From an uncultured cyanobacterium (GTDB lineage: Bacteria > Cyanobacteriota > Cyanobacteriia > Cyanobacteriales > CAWCAG01), in contig CAWCAG010000009.1 in NCBI GenBank assembly GCA_963793425.1, positions 1 through 64,000 of the forward strand: 64,000 nucleotides of DNA, written 5' to 3'. The notes below the pieces were generated by a model, which saw nothing but the letters and a program-made list of their open reading frames with translations, had not been told where the DNA came from and ran no database searches. Shown here in pieces: positions 42,545-54,000 of this stretch; the stretch's first letter is position 1, and every line of letters starts with the position of its first letter. The position numbers and the translations under genes are program-made.

Positions 42545-43380
42545 GGTTCTACCGAACATAGGATGTAAGATTAGTAGTTGAAGTGCCAAGTCAAAATGCT
42601 CCTCAGAGAGAAGTTTTTAAAGTTCCTGAATCCGTAACCTCTCCTTTTAATCAACTTCAACTTGTTATTAATTCCTTCCACTACTCCTTGAGTTGTACGG
42701 GAGTCAAAGTAGGCTATAATCTCTCCCATCCAACGCCTTATTGTCCCACAACTTTTTGGGAAATACGAGTAAGCTTGAGCGCACCAATTAGCTATTTCTA
42801 ATAATCCTTCACTCCAGTCTTGGCTCTGTTCAAATATAGTTCTAAATTCCTCTTTTAATCTGTGCATTTTACCCAGAAGAGGTGAGACTTTATTGACTTG
42901 GTTCAATTTAATCTTTTGCTCTTCGCTCAAGTCTAATTCATTAAATTTCTTGCCACATTGCGAGCATCTCATTTGGCGATGATTAATTTTGAGATACACT
43001 GGTTGAGTTGCCCAAGGTAAATCTCTAATCGTTAGCTGATTATTCTGATGGAGTTTTTCAGTTATTGCACCGCAGTTAGTGCAGGTAGCTTTTTTCTCTA
43101 TTTTTTCTATGTGTAAGACTATGCCTATACTCTCTATACACTGATAATGTTTAACGGTAACTCCTTCTAATTGAAGTAAGTTTGTCATGAGGTTTAGTTG
43201 AGGATTCGATGGCATTTGTATAAGTTAAGTCTAAATAGTAGTTTTATTTTTACTATCATTTAATCTTTGAAAGAGCTATAATGCAAGCTGGATAAACTTT
43301 ATAGACATAAAACTATATATTTAAAGCCTGAGTATCTATTTTCTTGTTTTTTGCTTTCACATTGCAAGTTCGATAGAACC
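42545..43380 (-). mobile_element. Internally deleted ISL3-family element (836 bp)
   Basis: TIRs GGTTCTACCGAAC / GTTCGATAGAACC (12/13); no target-site duplication visible. Confidence 0.88.
42571..43215 (-). pseudogene. ISL3 transposase lacking its central catalytic region
   Basis: N-terminal CxxC...IRDLP...CxxC joined directly to C-terminal [19 protein letters not shown]; only 214 aa. Confidence 0.88.
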
Positions 43381-43413
43381 AGAATTTTAGCTACGATCGC
43401 CAGTTTTAAATTT

Positions 43414-45099
43414 TTAGGTTTCTTTTTTCAATACAGATACTTCAAAGGGTTGTAAAGTTGAGGGCAGGTCTATAATTTTGTCAGCTCCCCAGACATTGGA
43501 AACCAGTACTTGCCAGCTTTCTCTAGGGATATATTCGTCTAATACTAAGTCCTTTTCATAGGCAAAATTGATGATGATTAAAACTTTTTCAGCTTGAGTT
43601 TCTCGAAGATAAGCTAAATGTTCATAAGGGTAATGAATTAAAGTTTTCCAGCTACCAACACGTAAAGCTTCGCTATTTTTTCTAGCTTTAATTAACTGTC
43701 GATAGAAATTTAAGATTGATTTCTGGTCTTTTAATTGTTTGGCAACATTAACTTCCTGGTAATTTTGATTTACTGGTAGCCAAGGTTCTGTATCTTTACC
43801 AAAGCTAAAACCAGCATTAACAGTATCATCCCATTGCATAGGAGTACGTCCCCCATCTCGTGGCGGTGGTAACTCTCCCGTTGCACTTTTAACTGTTGCA
43901 TGATCTTTCAGCTTTTCTGGAGGAATATCAAGATTATCAACCATGCCAATTTCTTGACCATAATAGACAACCGGAGTCCCTCTAACTGTTAACAAAATGG
44001 CTGCTGCTGCTTGGGCAATTCCTAATTCATTGCTACATAAACTACATTCATTCCAACGAGATAAATGTCTCGGAAGATCATGGTTATCTATAAAGTAAGT
44101 TGGCCATGCCCCTTGAGGTGTGATTAGCTCTTTTTTCGCAATTTCTCGCTGAAGATTTCCAGGATACCAGGGACTAAAAGGAAATTCAAAAGTAAATGCC
44201 AGATGTAATTCATCATTATTAACACCATAAAAAATAGTTGAGTCGTAGATCCTATTGTCAATAAAAGTTTCACCAATTAAAACTCGCTCATCATACTCAT
44301 CAATTATCTTTCTTATTGCTCTGATAATATAATGATTTTCAGGCAAATTCTTATCATATAAATGGCTTTGATTATGATAATTATTTTTATCAGTTGCACC
44401 AAATTTAACAGGATTAAAGCGATAGTATTCATCTTTGCTATAAACACTAGAAGCATCTAAACGAAAGCCATCAACCCCTTGATCTAACCAAAACCTAATT
44501 ACTTGGTAAACAGCTTCTTGAACTTCTGGGTTACGCCAGTTTAGATCCGGTTGAATAGTATTAAAAGTATGGTAATAATATTGTTGTCTGGTTTGATTAA
44601 AAGTCCAACCTGTTCCCCCAAAATAAGATAGCCAATTGTTAGGAACTCCGCCATCAGGACTAGGGTCTTGCCAATGATACCAGTCACTTTTAGGATTATC
44701 TTGGCTAGAACTAGATTCAAGGAACCAACTATGTTGATTAGAAGTATGATTAACTACTAAATCGAGAATTACTTTAATACCTCGTTTATGGGACTCTTTG
44801 ATGAGAGTTTCAAAATCTTTAAAATTACCAAATGTGTCGCTGATACCATAATAATCACTGATATCATAACCATTATCAATCATGGGGGATTCGTTAATCG
44901 GAGACAACCAAATAGCATCAACTCCTAAAGATGTTTCACTGTTAGGATTACCATCATTGAGATAGTCTAATTTATTAATGATTCCTGGTAAATCTCCAAT
45001 GCCATCGCCATTCCCATCAGCAAAGGTAAGGGGATATATTTGATAAATTACGCCAGTTTGCCACCATTTTGAAGAATCAGATTTTACATCTTGGGCCAT
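43414..45099 (-). CDS. GH13 alpha-glucosidase
   Basis: YQIYP, DGNGDGIGDL, DLVVNH, DGFRLD, NHD, YYGQEIG. Confidence 0.93.
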   Translation of the reverse strand: MAQDVKSDSSKWWQTGVIYQIYPLTFADGNGDGIGDLPGIINKLDYLNDGNPNSETSLGVDAIWLSPINESPMIDNGYDISDYYGISDTFGNFKDFETLIKESHKRGIKVILDLVVNHTSNQHSWFLESSSSQDNPKSDWYHWQDPSPDGGVPNNWLSYFGGTGWTFNQTRQQYYYHTFNTIQPDLNWRNPEVQEAVYQVIRFWLDQGVDGFRLDASSVYSKDEYYRFNPVKFGATDKNNYHNQSHLYDKNLPENHYIIRAIRKIIDEYDERVLIGETFIDNRIYDSTIFYGVNNDELHLAFTFEFPFSPWYPGNLQREIAKKELITPQGAWPTYFIDNHDLPRHLSRWNECSLCSNELGIAQAAAAILLTVRGTPVVYYGQEIGMVDNLDIPPEKLKDHATVKSATGELPPPRDGGRTPMQWDDTVNAGFSFGKDTEPWLPVNQNYQEVNVAKQLKDQKSILNFYRQLIKARKNSEALRVGSWKTLIHYPYEHLAYLRETQAEKVLIIINFAYEKDLVLDEYIPRESWQVLVSNVWGADKIIDLPSTLQPFEVSVLKKET

Positions 45100-45126
45100 A
45101 TTTCAATTATTTCCTGATAAATAAAT

Positions 45127-45765
45127 ATGATGAGTATCAGAACTAAGGTTGATCAAGAAGCTATTATAGCCACTTGGAGACAATCTCTAGGAAGACTACT
45201 ACATTTTTATGATCGCCGTCGAGGAAAATTGAAGCGATTTTTTCCTCGCCTCTTCATTTTCTTCGTATTCCTCAATATAACTTGTTATTGGTGGGCTATT
45301 GTTAGTGCTTATCCAGAAGCAGCTTTCGGTGAAGAGAAACTCCACTATTTTTTGATTCAGTTTCCTGTGGGTTTGTTGGGGGCTTTGTTTGATACCCTCT
45401 CTTTTTTTATCACTGTTTATATTGCGAAAAAAGCTTTAAAAACCACTTCAGTAACCAGTTATTTAGCCCATCTTAGTGTTGATATTATTATTGCCATTAT
45501 TGCCACTTGGTGGGTACTTTTTGTCTTTTCCTTTTCTGGTTGGTTAGTTAGTTTTGTGCAACACAACCCAGAATCTTTTACTCAACGCAGCTATGTTTAC
45601 GAACAAAGATTAACGGAGGCGATCACAAACCCTACCAACAAAGGAAGTCTCAAAAATATCTATTTTGGTTTTGTTGTGGGCATTTCTGCTATGCTACCGA
45701 CTTTTACTCATCTTTTCTTGTCGGTACGTGCTATAGCCAAAAATTTATTGACGAACAAAAATTAA
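45127..45765 (+). CDS. Hypothetical membrane protein
   Basis: 212 aa with about 4 TM segments. Confidence 0.75.
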   Translation: MMSIRTKVDQEAIIATWRQSLGRLLHFYDRRRGKLKRFFPRLFIFFVFLNITCYWWAIVSAYPEAAFGEEKLHYFLIQFPVGLLGALFDTLSFFITVYIAKKALKTTSVTSYLAHLSVDIIIAIIATWWVLFVFSFSGWLVSFVQHNPESFTQRSYVYEQRLTEAITNPTNKGSLKNIYFGFVVGISAMLPTFTHLFLSVRAIAKNLLTNKN

Positions 45766-45907
45766 CAATATGTCGTCTTTTGTTAAATATGGTTCATACC
45801 TTGATAGGATAGTCTTAAAATAAACTAAAGATATGTAGACGGAACTAGGGAAATCGTGTTTATCCCACTCAGGATAGAGTTTTTTAAGAAATTACCTAAT
45901 AAAAAAA

Positions 45908-46354
45908 ATGACTGAAAGTAGTACTGCTGCCAAGAAAACCACTACTAAAGCCAAAACTACCCCCAGCCGTAGTAGTAGTGCGAGTAAAGAAAATGCTAAG
46001 GAGGAATTAGCTTTGGCTACGAAAGAAGAAACAAAAGAAACAAAACAACCCCTAGAGTTGGAAACCCAAGCCCCCACTGGCGCGATAGAATTGAGTCCAA
46101 AAATGACTTTGGTGGGCAATCGCCCTGTTGAAGCTAGTCATCTCGAATTATCAGACAACTTTGTTGCGGGAGGCCATATGCGTCCTGTGGTTAAAAGTGA
46201 TTTAGAGATTGTCGCTACAATGTCCTCTTCTGGCATTCGCCCAATCACTGCTAGTCATCTGAACATTAGCGAAACCTATAGAGTGATGGGAAATCGTCCT
46301 GTGGCTTCCAATGAAATTGATGATCCTACTACTTTAATGGGTTATTTGGATTAA
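45908..46354 (+). CDS. Hypothetical protein with RP(V/I)xxSxL repeats
   Basis: Four GNRPV/RPI units; ends LMGYLD. Confidence 0.75.
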   Translation: MTESSTAAKKTTTKAKTTPSRSSSASKENAKEELALATKEETKETKQPLELETQAPTGAIELSPKMTLVGNRPVEASHLELSDNFVAGGHMRPVVKSDLEIVATMSSSGIRPITASHLNISETYRVMGNRPVASNEIDDPTTLMGYLD

Positions 46355-46572
46355 GATGCTAGTGGCTAGTGGCTAGTAGCTAACGGCTAGTTGACAATTC
46401 TTTTTAAATAAAACCTGGCGATCGCCTAAACTTATAAGATTATAAGTAGCTGCGATCGCTATTTAATTGATAATTGTCTAATTTTGCTATTATCGTAGAC
46501 TAAAATTAATAACTGAATTATTGTTCGGCTTGCCCTTGCCGTTAGGCATCATTGATAACTGATAACTGATAA

Positions 46573-48894
46573 ATGAGTTTTCTTAGTAATCTTAATTCTT
46601 CTCAACGTAGTGCTGTAGAACATTATTGTGGCCCTTTGTTAGTTGTTGCGGGGGCGGGTTCAGGTAAAACTAGGGCTTTAACTTTTCGTATTGCTAACTT
46701 GATTGTTGAACATAAAGTTAATCCTGAAAACATTTTCGCCGTAACCTTTACCAATAAAGCGGCTAAGGAAATGAAGGAACGGATTGAGAAATTATTTGCT
46801 AATAAATTGGCAGAGGCTAAATATGGTCAACGTTTAGACTTGTTGCCTCCTCCTCAACAAACTCAATTGCGTTCCCAGGTTTATAAACAAACAATCAAAC
46901 CCCTTTGGATTGGAACTTTTCATAGTTTATTTGCACGAATTCTGCGTTTAGATATTAATAAGTATCAAGATGAATCAGGGCGACAGTGGCAGCGAAACTT
47001 TTCTATTTTTGATGAATCTGATGCTCAAAGTTTGGTAAAAAATATTGTCACTAAACAGTTAAATTTAGATGATAAAAAGTTTAATTTTCGTTCTGTACGT
47101 TATGCCATTAGTAATGCGAAAAATCAGGGTTTATCTCCCCAGGATTTCTTGAAAGAACAACCTAATTATCGCGGCAGAGTAATTAGTGAAGTATATAACG
47201 AATATATTAATCAACTAGCAGCTAATAATGCCCTGGATTTCGATGATTTAATCTTAGTTCCCTTAAGAATTTTCCAACAAAACGAAACAGTATTAGGCTA
47301 TTGGCATCGGCAGTTTCGTCATATCTTAGTAGATGAATATCAAGATACTAATCGCATTCAATATGAATTAATTCGTCTTTTAAGTACTAATGGTGAAACC
47401 AACAAAGCTAGTTGGGATTGGCGCGATCGCTCGGTTTTTGTCGTAGGAGATGCTGACCAATCTATTTATAGTTTTCGCATGGCAGACTATAAAATCTTAT
47501 TGGAGTTTCAAGAAAACTTTGGTGATGGTTTGCCTGATGATGATACGAGAACAATGGTTAAATTAGAAGAAAACTATCGTTCTAGGGAAAATATTCTCGA
47601 AGCTGCCAACCAACTTATTAATAATAATACTCAACGTATTGAAAAAGTTCTTAAACCTACAAGAGGTTCAGGGGAACCAATCTATCTTTACAAAGCAGAT
47701 GATGAAATAAGAGAAGCAAAATTTGTTGTTAATAAAATTCGTTATTTAGCCCAAGAAAACCCAGAAATAGATTGGGGCAGCTTTGCGATTTTATATCGTA
47801 CTAATGCTCAATCTCGTGCTTTTGAAGAAGTATTGCGGGGGCAAATTCCTTACTTAATTGTGGGGGGTTTAAAGTTTTATGATCGTAAAGAAATTAAAGA
47901 CGCTTTAGCTTATTTAAGGGCGATCGCTAATCCAGCCGATACCGTGAGTATTTTAAGGGTAATCAATACTCCCCGGCGGGGCATTGGTAAAGCGACCATC
48001 GAATCCCTTTTAGGGGCTTCTCAAGAATTAGGTATTCCCTTATGGGAAATTCTTAAAGATGAAACTTCTGTTAACACCATGGTAGGGCGCAAAGCTAAAG
48101 CGGTTAACAAGTTTACGGAGGTAATTAAGAAGTATCAAGAACAAATTAACAACCTCAGCGCCACGGAAATTATTCAAGGAGTGATGGAAGATTCTGATTA
48201 TGTTGATGATTTGAAAAGTAAGGGAACCGATGAAGATGCTAACCGCCTAGAAAACGTCTACGAATTATATAACGCGGTGGCACAGTTTCAAGAAGAATAT
48301 GAAGATAAGAGTTTACAAGGTTTTTTGGCAAATGCTTCTTTAGCGTCAGATTTAGATAATTTAGAAGATGGGCAAAAAGCGGTTTCTTTAATGACGTTGC
48401 ATTCTGCCAAAGGGTTAGAGTTTCCCATTGTGTTTATGGTGGGTTTAGAACAAGGATTATTTCCCAATATCAGAAGTTTAAATGACCCCACTTCTTTAGA
48501 AGAAGAACGTCGTTTATGTTATGTGGGCATTACCCGCGCCCAAGAACAGTTATTTATTAGCCACGCTAGGGAACGTCGTCTTTGGGGGGCAAGGGATGTG
48601 GCGATACCTTCACAGTTTTTACAAGAAATTCCTCGCGATTTGGTTGATAGCAAGGTGACGAAAAGTTTTAGTACAAGTTTGCGACGTAAGAAGGCTAAAA
48701 CTGAGGCGAATGAAGTTAGTAATGGGGTTAAGTATAGTTGGGAAAAAGGTGATTTGGTGTTACATAAAACCTTTGGAGAAGGAGAAGTTACCCATGTTTT
48801 TGGGGAAGGAAACAAGATGAATTTAGCGATTAAGTTTCCTGGTTTAGGTCAGAAGATTATTGACCCGAAGATTGCTTCTTTGGAAAAGTTGTGA
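46573..48894 (+). CDS. pcrA: ATP-dependent DNA helicase PcrA/UvrD
   Basis: AGAGSGKT, TFTNKAA, VDEYQDTN, GDADQSIY, NYRS, HSAKGLEF, EERRLCYVGITRA. Confidence 0.97.
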   Translation: MSFLSNLNSSQRSAVEHYCGPLLVVAGAGSGKTRALTFRIANLIVEHKVNPENIFAVTFTNKAAKEMKERIEKLFANKLAEAKYGQRLDLLPPPQQTQLRSQVYKQTIKPLWIGTFHSLFARILRLDINKYQDESGRQWQRNFSIFDESDAQSLVKNIVTKQLNLDDKKFNFRSVRYAISNAKNQGLSPQDFLKEQPNYRGRVISEVYNEYINQLAANNALDFDDLILVPLRIFQQNETVLGYWHRQFRHILVDEYQDTNRIQYELIRLLSTNGETNKASWDWRDRSVFVVGDADQSIYSFRMADYKILLEFQENFGDGLPDDDTRTMVKLEENYRSRENILEAANQLINNNTQRIEKVLKPTRGSGEPIYLYKADDEIREAKFVVNKIRYLAQENPEIDWGSFAILYRTNAQSRAFEEVLRGQIPYLIVGGLKFYDRKEIKDALAYLRAIANPADTVSILRVINTPRRGIGKATIESLLGASQELGIPLWEILKDETSVNTMVGRKAKAVNKFTEVIKKYQEQINNLSATEIIQGVMEDSDYVDDLKSKGTDEDANRLENVYELYNAVAQFQEEYEDKSLQGFLANASLASDLDNLEDGQKAVSLMTLHSAKGLEFPIVFMVGLEQGLFPNIRSLNDPTSLEEERRLCYVGITRAQEQLFISHARERRLWGARDVAIPSQFLQEIPRDLVDSKVTKSFSTSLRRKKAKTEANEVSNGVKYSWEKGDLVLHKTFGEGEVTHVFGEGNKMNLAIKFPGLGQKIIDPKIASLEKL

Positions 48895-48918
48895 TAGTAA
48901 GCTCAAAAGTTACATAAA

Positions 48919-50936
48919 TCTGTGGGTAGAGTTAGTTCTATTGGGGGACTAAGCCCCCCAAACCCGCATCTCAGGGAAACAAGTGTTTCCCCACACCCCT
49001 TCCTAACCGCTTCGCTCTTGGTTGGTTATGTTTGGCTGGCTAATTCCTGGTTGCTTTATCGTCGGAGATAGGCCTGGTGGTAGGGTGCATTGGGATTTAG
49101 GCTCGTTCCTTCTTTTGATTAGTCTGTGGGTAGAGTTAGTTTTATTGGGGGATTGACCCCCCAAACCCGCATCTCAGGGAAACAAGTGTTTCCCCACACC
49201 CCTTCCTAACCGCTTCGCTCTTGGTTGGTTGTGTTTGGCTGGCTCATTCTCGGTTGCTTTATCGTCGGAGATAGGCCTGGTGGTAGGGTGCATTGGGATT
49301 TAGGCTCGTTCCTTCTTTTGATTAGTCTGTGAGTAGCGTTAGTTTTATTGGGGGACTAAGCCCCCCAAACCCGCCCAGCAGGGAAACAAGTGTTTCCCCA
49401 CACCCCTTCCTAACCGCTTCGCTCTTGGTTGGTTATGTTTAGTTGGCTAATTCCTGGTTGCTTTTTCGTCGGAGATAGGCCTGGTGGTAGGGTGCATTGG
49501 GATTTAGGCTCGTTCCTTCTTTTGATTAGTCTGTGGGTAGAGTTAGTTTTATTGGGGGACTGACCCCCCAAACCCGCATCTCAGGGAAACAAGTGTTTCC
49601 CCACACCCCTTCCTAACCGCTTCGCTCTTGGTTGGTTATGTTTGGCTGGCTAATTCCTGGTTGCTTTATCGTCGGAAATAGGCCTGGTGGTAGGGTGCAT
49701 TGGGATTTAGGCTCGTTCCTTCTTTTGATTAGTCTGTGAGTAGCGTTAGTTTTATTGGGGGACTAAGCCCCCCAAACCCGCCCCTCAGGGAAACAAGTGT
49801 TTCCCCACACCCCTTCCTAACCGCTTCGCTCTTGGTTGGTTATGTTTAGTTGGCTAATTCCTGGTTGCTTTTTCGTCGGAGATAGGCCTGGTGGTAGGGT
49901 GCATTGGGATTTAGGCTCGTTCCTTCTTTTGATTAGTCTGTGGGTAGAGTTAGTTTTATTGGGGGATTGACCCCCCAAACCCGCATCTCAGGGAAACAAG
50001 TGTTTCCCCACACCCCTTCCTAACCGCTTCGCTCTTGGTTGGTTATGTTTAGTTGGCTCATTCTCGGTTGCTTTATCGTCGGAGATAGGCCTGGTGGTAG
50101 GGTGCATTGGGATTTAGGCTCGTTCCTTCTTTTGATTAGTCTGTGAGTAGCGTTAGTTTTATTGGGGGATTGACCCCCCAAACCCGCATCTCAGGGAAAC
50201 AAGTGTTTCCCCACACCCCTTCCTAACCGCTTCGCTCTTGGTTGGTTATGTTTAGTTGGCTAATTCCTGGTTGCTTTATCGTCGGAAATAGGCCTGGTGG
50301 TAGGGTGCATTGGGATTTAGGCTCGTTCCTTCTTTTGATTAGTCTGTGGGTAGCGTTAGTTTTATTGGGGGATTGACCCCCCAAACCCGCATCTCAGGGA
50401 AACAAGTGTTTCCCCACACCCCTTCCTAACCGCTTCGCTCTTGGTTGGTTATGTTTAGTTGGCTCATTCCTGGTTGCTTTATCGTCGGAAATGGGCCTGG
50501 TGGTAGGGTGCATTGGGATTTAGGCTCGTTCCTTCTTTTGATTAGTCTGTGGGTAGAGTTAGTTTTATTGGGGGATTGACCCCCCAAACCCGCATCTCAG
50601 GGAAACAAGTGTTTCCCCACACCCCTTCCTAACCGCTTCGCTCTTGGTTGGTTGTGTTTGGCTGGCTCATTCTCGGTTGCTTTATCGTCGGAAATGGGAC
50701 TGGTGGTAGGGTGCATTGGGATTTAGGCTCGTTCCTTCTTTTGATTAGTCTGTGAGTAGCGTTAGTTTTATTGGGGGACTAACCCCCCAAACCCGCATCT
50801 CAGGGAAACAAGTGTTTCCCCACACCCCTTCCTAACCGCTTCGCTCTTGGTTGGTTGTGTTTGGCTGGCTCATTCTCGGTTGCTCTGTCGTCGGAGATAG
50901 GCCTGGTGGTAGGGCGCATTGGGATTTAGGCTCGTT
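48919..50936. repeat. Non-coding tandem array of 10 x 203-204 bp structured units
   Basis: Units start at 48919, 49123, 49326, 49530, 49733, 49937, 50140, 50343, 50546 and 50749 (last slightly truncated); no ORF of 60 aa or more. Confidence 0.96.
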
Positions 50937-51022
50937 TTTGAAATCGATGATAATCAGTACTCTTGTTTTACTATATTTTTCCTGATTTCGGTATTTCCGC
51001 AAAACTGAAATGCTTCCTCTCC

Positions 51023-54000
51023 CTACTTCCTCATCTCTTCCTGGAGATAAGCAAGATTATTCCGAATAGTTACTGTGTTGGGGTGGTTGCTGCCTAAAAC
51101 TTGTTCGCATAACTCCAAAGCTTGTTGATATAGAGGTTCTGCTTCTGTATACTTTCCTTGTGATTTGTAGAGTCCTGCCAGGTTGTTGAGACTCGATGCT
51201 ACATCAGGATGTTCTTCTCCTAAAAGGCGTTTTCTTAGCTCCAAAGCTTGTTTGATATAAAGGTTCTGCTTCTGTATACCTTCCTTGGGATTCGTAGAGT
51301 GATGCCAGGTTGTTGAGACTCGATGCTACATCAGGATGTTCTTCTCCTAAAAGGCGTTTTCTTAGCTCCAAAGCTTGTTTGTATAAAGGTTCTGCCTCTG
51401 TATACCTTCCTTGGGATTTGTAGAGTAATGCCAGGTTGTTGAGACTGGTTGCAATAGAAGGATGTTCTTCTCCTAAAAGGCGTTTTCTTAGCTCCAAAGC
51501 TTGTTGATATAAAGGTTCTGCTTCTGTATACCTTCCTTGGGATTCGTAGAGTGCTGCCAGGTTGTTGAGACTGGATGCTACATCAGGATGTTCTTCTCCT
51601 AAAAGGCGTTTTCTTAACTCCAAAGCTTGTTGATATAAAGGTTCTGCCTCTGTATACCTTCCTTGGGATTTGTAGAGTCCTGCCAGGTTGTTGAGACTGG
51701 TTGCTACATCAGGATGTTCTTCTCCTAAAAGGCGTTTTCATAACTCCAAAGCTTGTTGATATAAAGGTTCTGCTTCTGTATACCTTCCTTGGGATTTGTA
51801 GAGTCCTGCCAGGTTGTTGAGACTGGTTGCTACATCAGGATGTTCTTCTCCTAAAAGGCGTTTTCTTAACTCCAAAGCTTGTTGATATAAAGGTTCTGCT
51901 TCTGTATACCTTCCTTGGGAATAGTAGAGTCATGCCAGGTTGTTGAGACTGGTTGCTACATCAGGATGTTCTTCTCCTAAAAGGCGTTTTCTTAACTCCA
52001 AAGCTTGTTGATATAAAGGTTCTGCCTCTGTATACCTTCCTTGGGATTCGTAGAGTGATGCCAGGTTATTGAGACTGGATGCTACATCAGGATGTTCTTC
52101 TCCTAAAAGGCGTTTTCATAACTCCAAAGCTTGTTGATATAGAGGTTCTGCCTCTGTATACCTTCCTTGGGATTCGTAGAGTTCTGCCAGGTTGTTGAGA
52201 CTCGATGCTACATGAGGATGTTCTTCTCCTAAGCGAGTTTCTACTTCTACCCAACACTGGTTTAAATAAGGTTCTGCTAATTTGTATAACCCCTGTCCTT
52301 TATAAAACCAAGCTAAACCAAGGAAAGACCAAATCAAGTCTTCATCATCGGCTACAACATCAAGATGCTTTGACGGTACTTCTTTGAGGTGAGGAATAGC
52401 TGCTTTTACCCTTTGAATATCTTTTAGAGTAGGTGTTTGAGGAATCGTCTTAGCAATAGCCACCATCGCCTCAGCAAAAGCCGTTGCAAACGCCTCTTTC
52501 TGCACCGAGGCTGCTAACTTTTCTTGGCAAAATACCCGAATCAAAGCATGAACTTTGTAACCGTTTTCTTTCTCATCAAACTGAATTAAATGCCGTTGAT
52601 AAAGTTGCCTTTTCCCCTGATTCAAACTCCCTTTACTCCAACTAAGATGACTTTCCGCCGCTTCCTTCACCAACTCCCAAGGTAACAAAGCCGGGGCAAA
52701 CAGCCCCATAAACATAGCCAAATCCTTCGCTTCTGTGTCCAGCTTTGCCCAACTCAACTCAAAAGCTGCCCTAACCCCTCTTTCTGCCGTACCATTAATG
52801 CTGCGATCTACTGCCTCGCAACCCAAACCCTCCTCTTGCAGCAATTCCCCCATCTCCTGCAAGCTCAAGCTGGGATCTTCCCTTAAATACCAACCCACCA
52901 ACTCAATACCCAAAGGTAAATAACCCAACCAAGCTAACAACTCCCTCGCCGTAGCAGCTTCTTGTGTAACTCGCTGTTTCCCCAACAGCTTAATCAATAA
53001 CTCCTCTGCCTTCTCCAGGGACAACACATTTAAAGGCATCTCCGTAAAACTGGGGCTGAGGTTACGCACTCTTGTAGTTAAAAGGAGAGAAAACCTCTTA
53101 TTTTGGGGTAAAACTTCCTGTAACTTCGTCTCCTTCCCCACATCATCCACCACTAGCAAAACCTTTCCCTGTTCGGGTTGCCAATGCTGCCAACACCACC
53201 TCACCTGCTGCAAAATATCGAGGGGTTGCCCCTGAGAGTTTTTTTGCGGAATCTCCAAACCCAGATTAAGCTGAATAAACTCTACCACCGCCGTAGCCAA
53301 GTCATTCACCCGCACATCAAACCAACAAACTCCCCCACCATAAACATCCTGATATCTCTTTACATATTGCGTCGCCAACTCCGTCTTGCCCACACCACCC
53401 ATTCCTGCCACCGCAGAAATAGCTATACCTTCTCCTTGGCATAACTTTGTGTGGAGTGTCTCCAACTCCTTCTCCCGTCCCACAAAATACTTTGAACCAG
53501 AATATTTAAGAGATTGTAATGGCTTTGAGTCCTGTTCCCCAGGCGAGTTCAGTCAATAGTTATTATTGTTAACAGTAAAGCTACCAGGGCCAGAATTATT
53601 ATACTGCCCACCTTCAATCTTTTGCTGATAAACCCCAATACTTTCTGCTAACTTAGGGCGATTTTCCTTTGCCGCTTGTGCCTGTAATCTTTTGTTTAAA
53701 ACACCCAACTGCTTTTTAAAAACCTGATTTTCTTGCGCTGCCTCTTTTACCCGTTGCCCTAAAATCTCTAACTCTTGGCGCAACTCCCCATCAGACTCAA
53801 CCTCCTTTGCCACAGCCTCCAAAACCGCCACCCCAATATCTTCAGGATCTTCTACTGCTGCTTCCAACGCCTTAAACTTTTCCGGAGATTTACCAACCAA
53901 CAAACTCTTAACCTTGCTTCCCTGTTGCCAAGCTGCCTCAACAACCTTTTCTCCTGCTTTCTCCAGAGTTTTATTACCAAGCAAAACTCCCAAGGCAATT

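Noticed and set aside
48919..50936. 203-bp array as a CRISPR array or coding repeat
   Set aside because: No unique spacers, unit length alternates between 203 and 204, and there is no ORF
51110..52230. Diversity-generating retroelement acting on the TPR repeats
   Set aside because: No reverse transcriptase or template repeat in the window, and the variation is not adenine-specific
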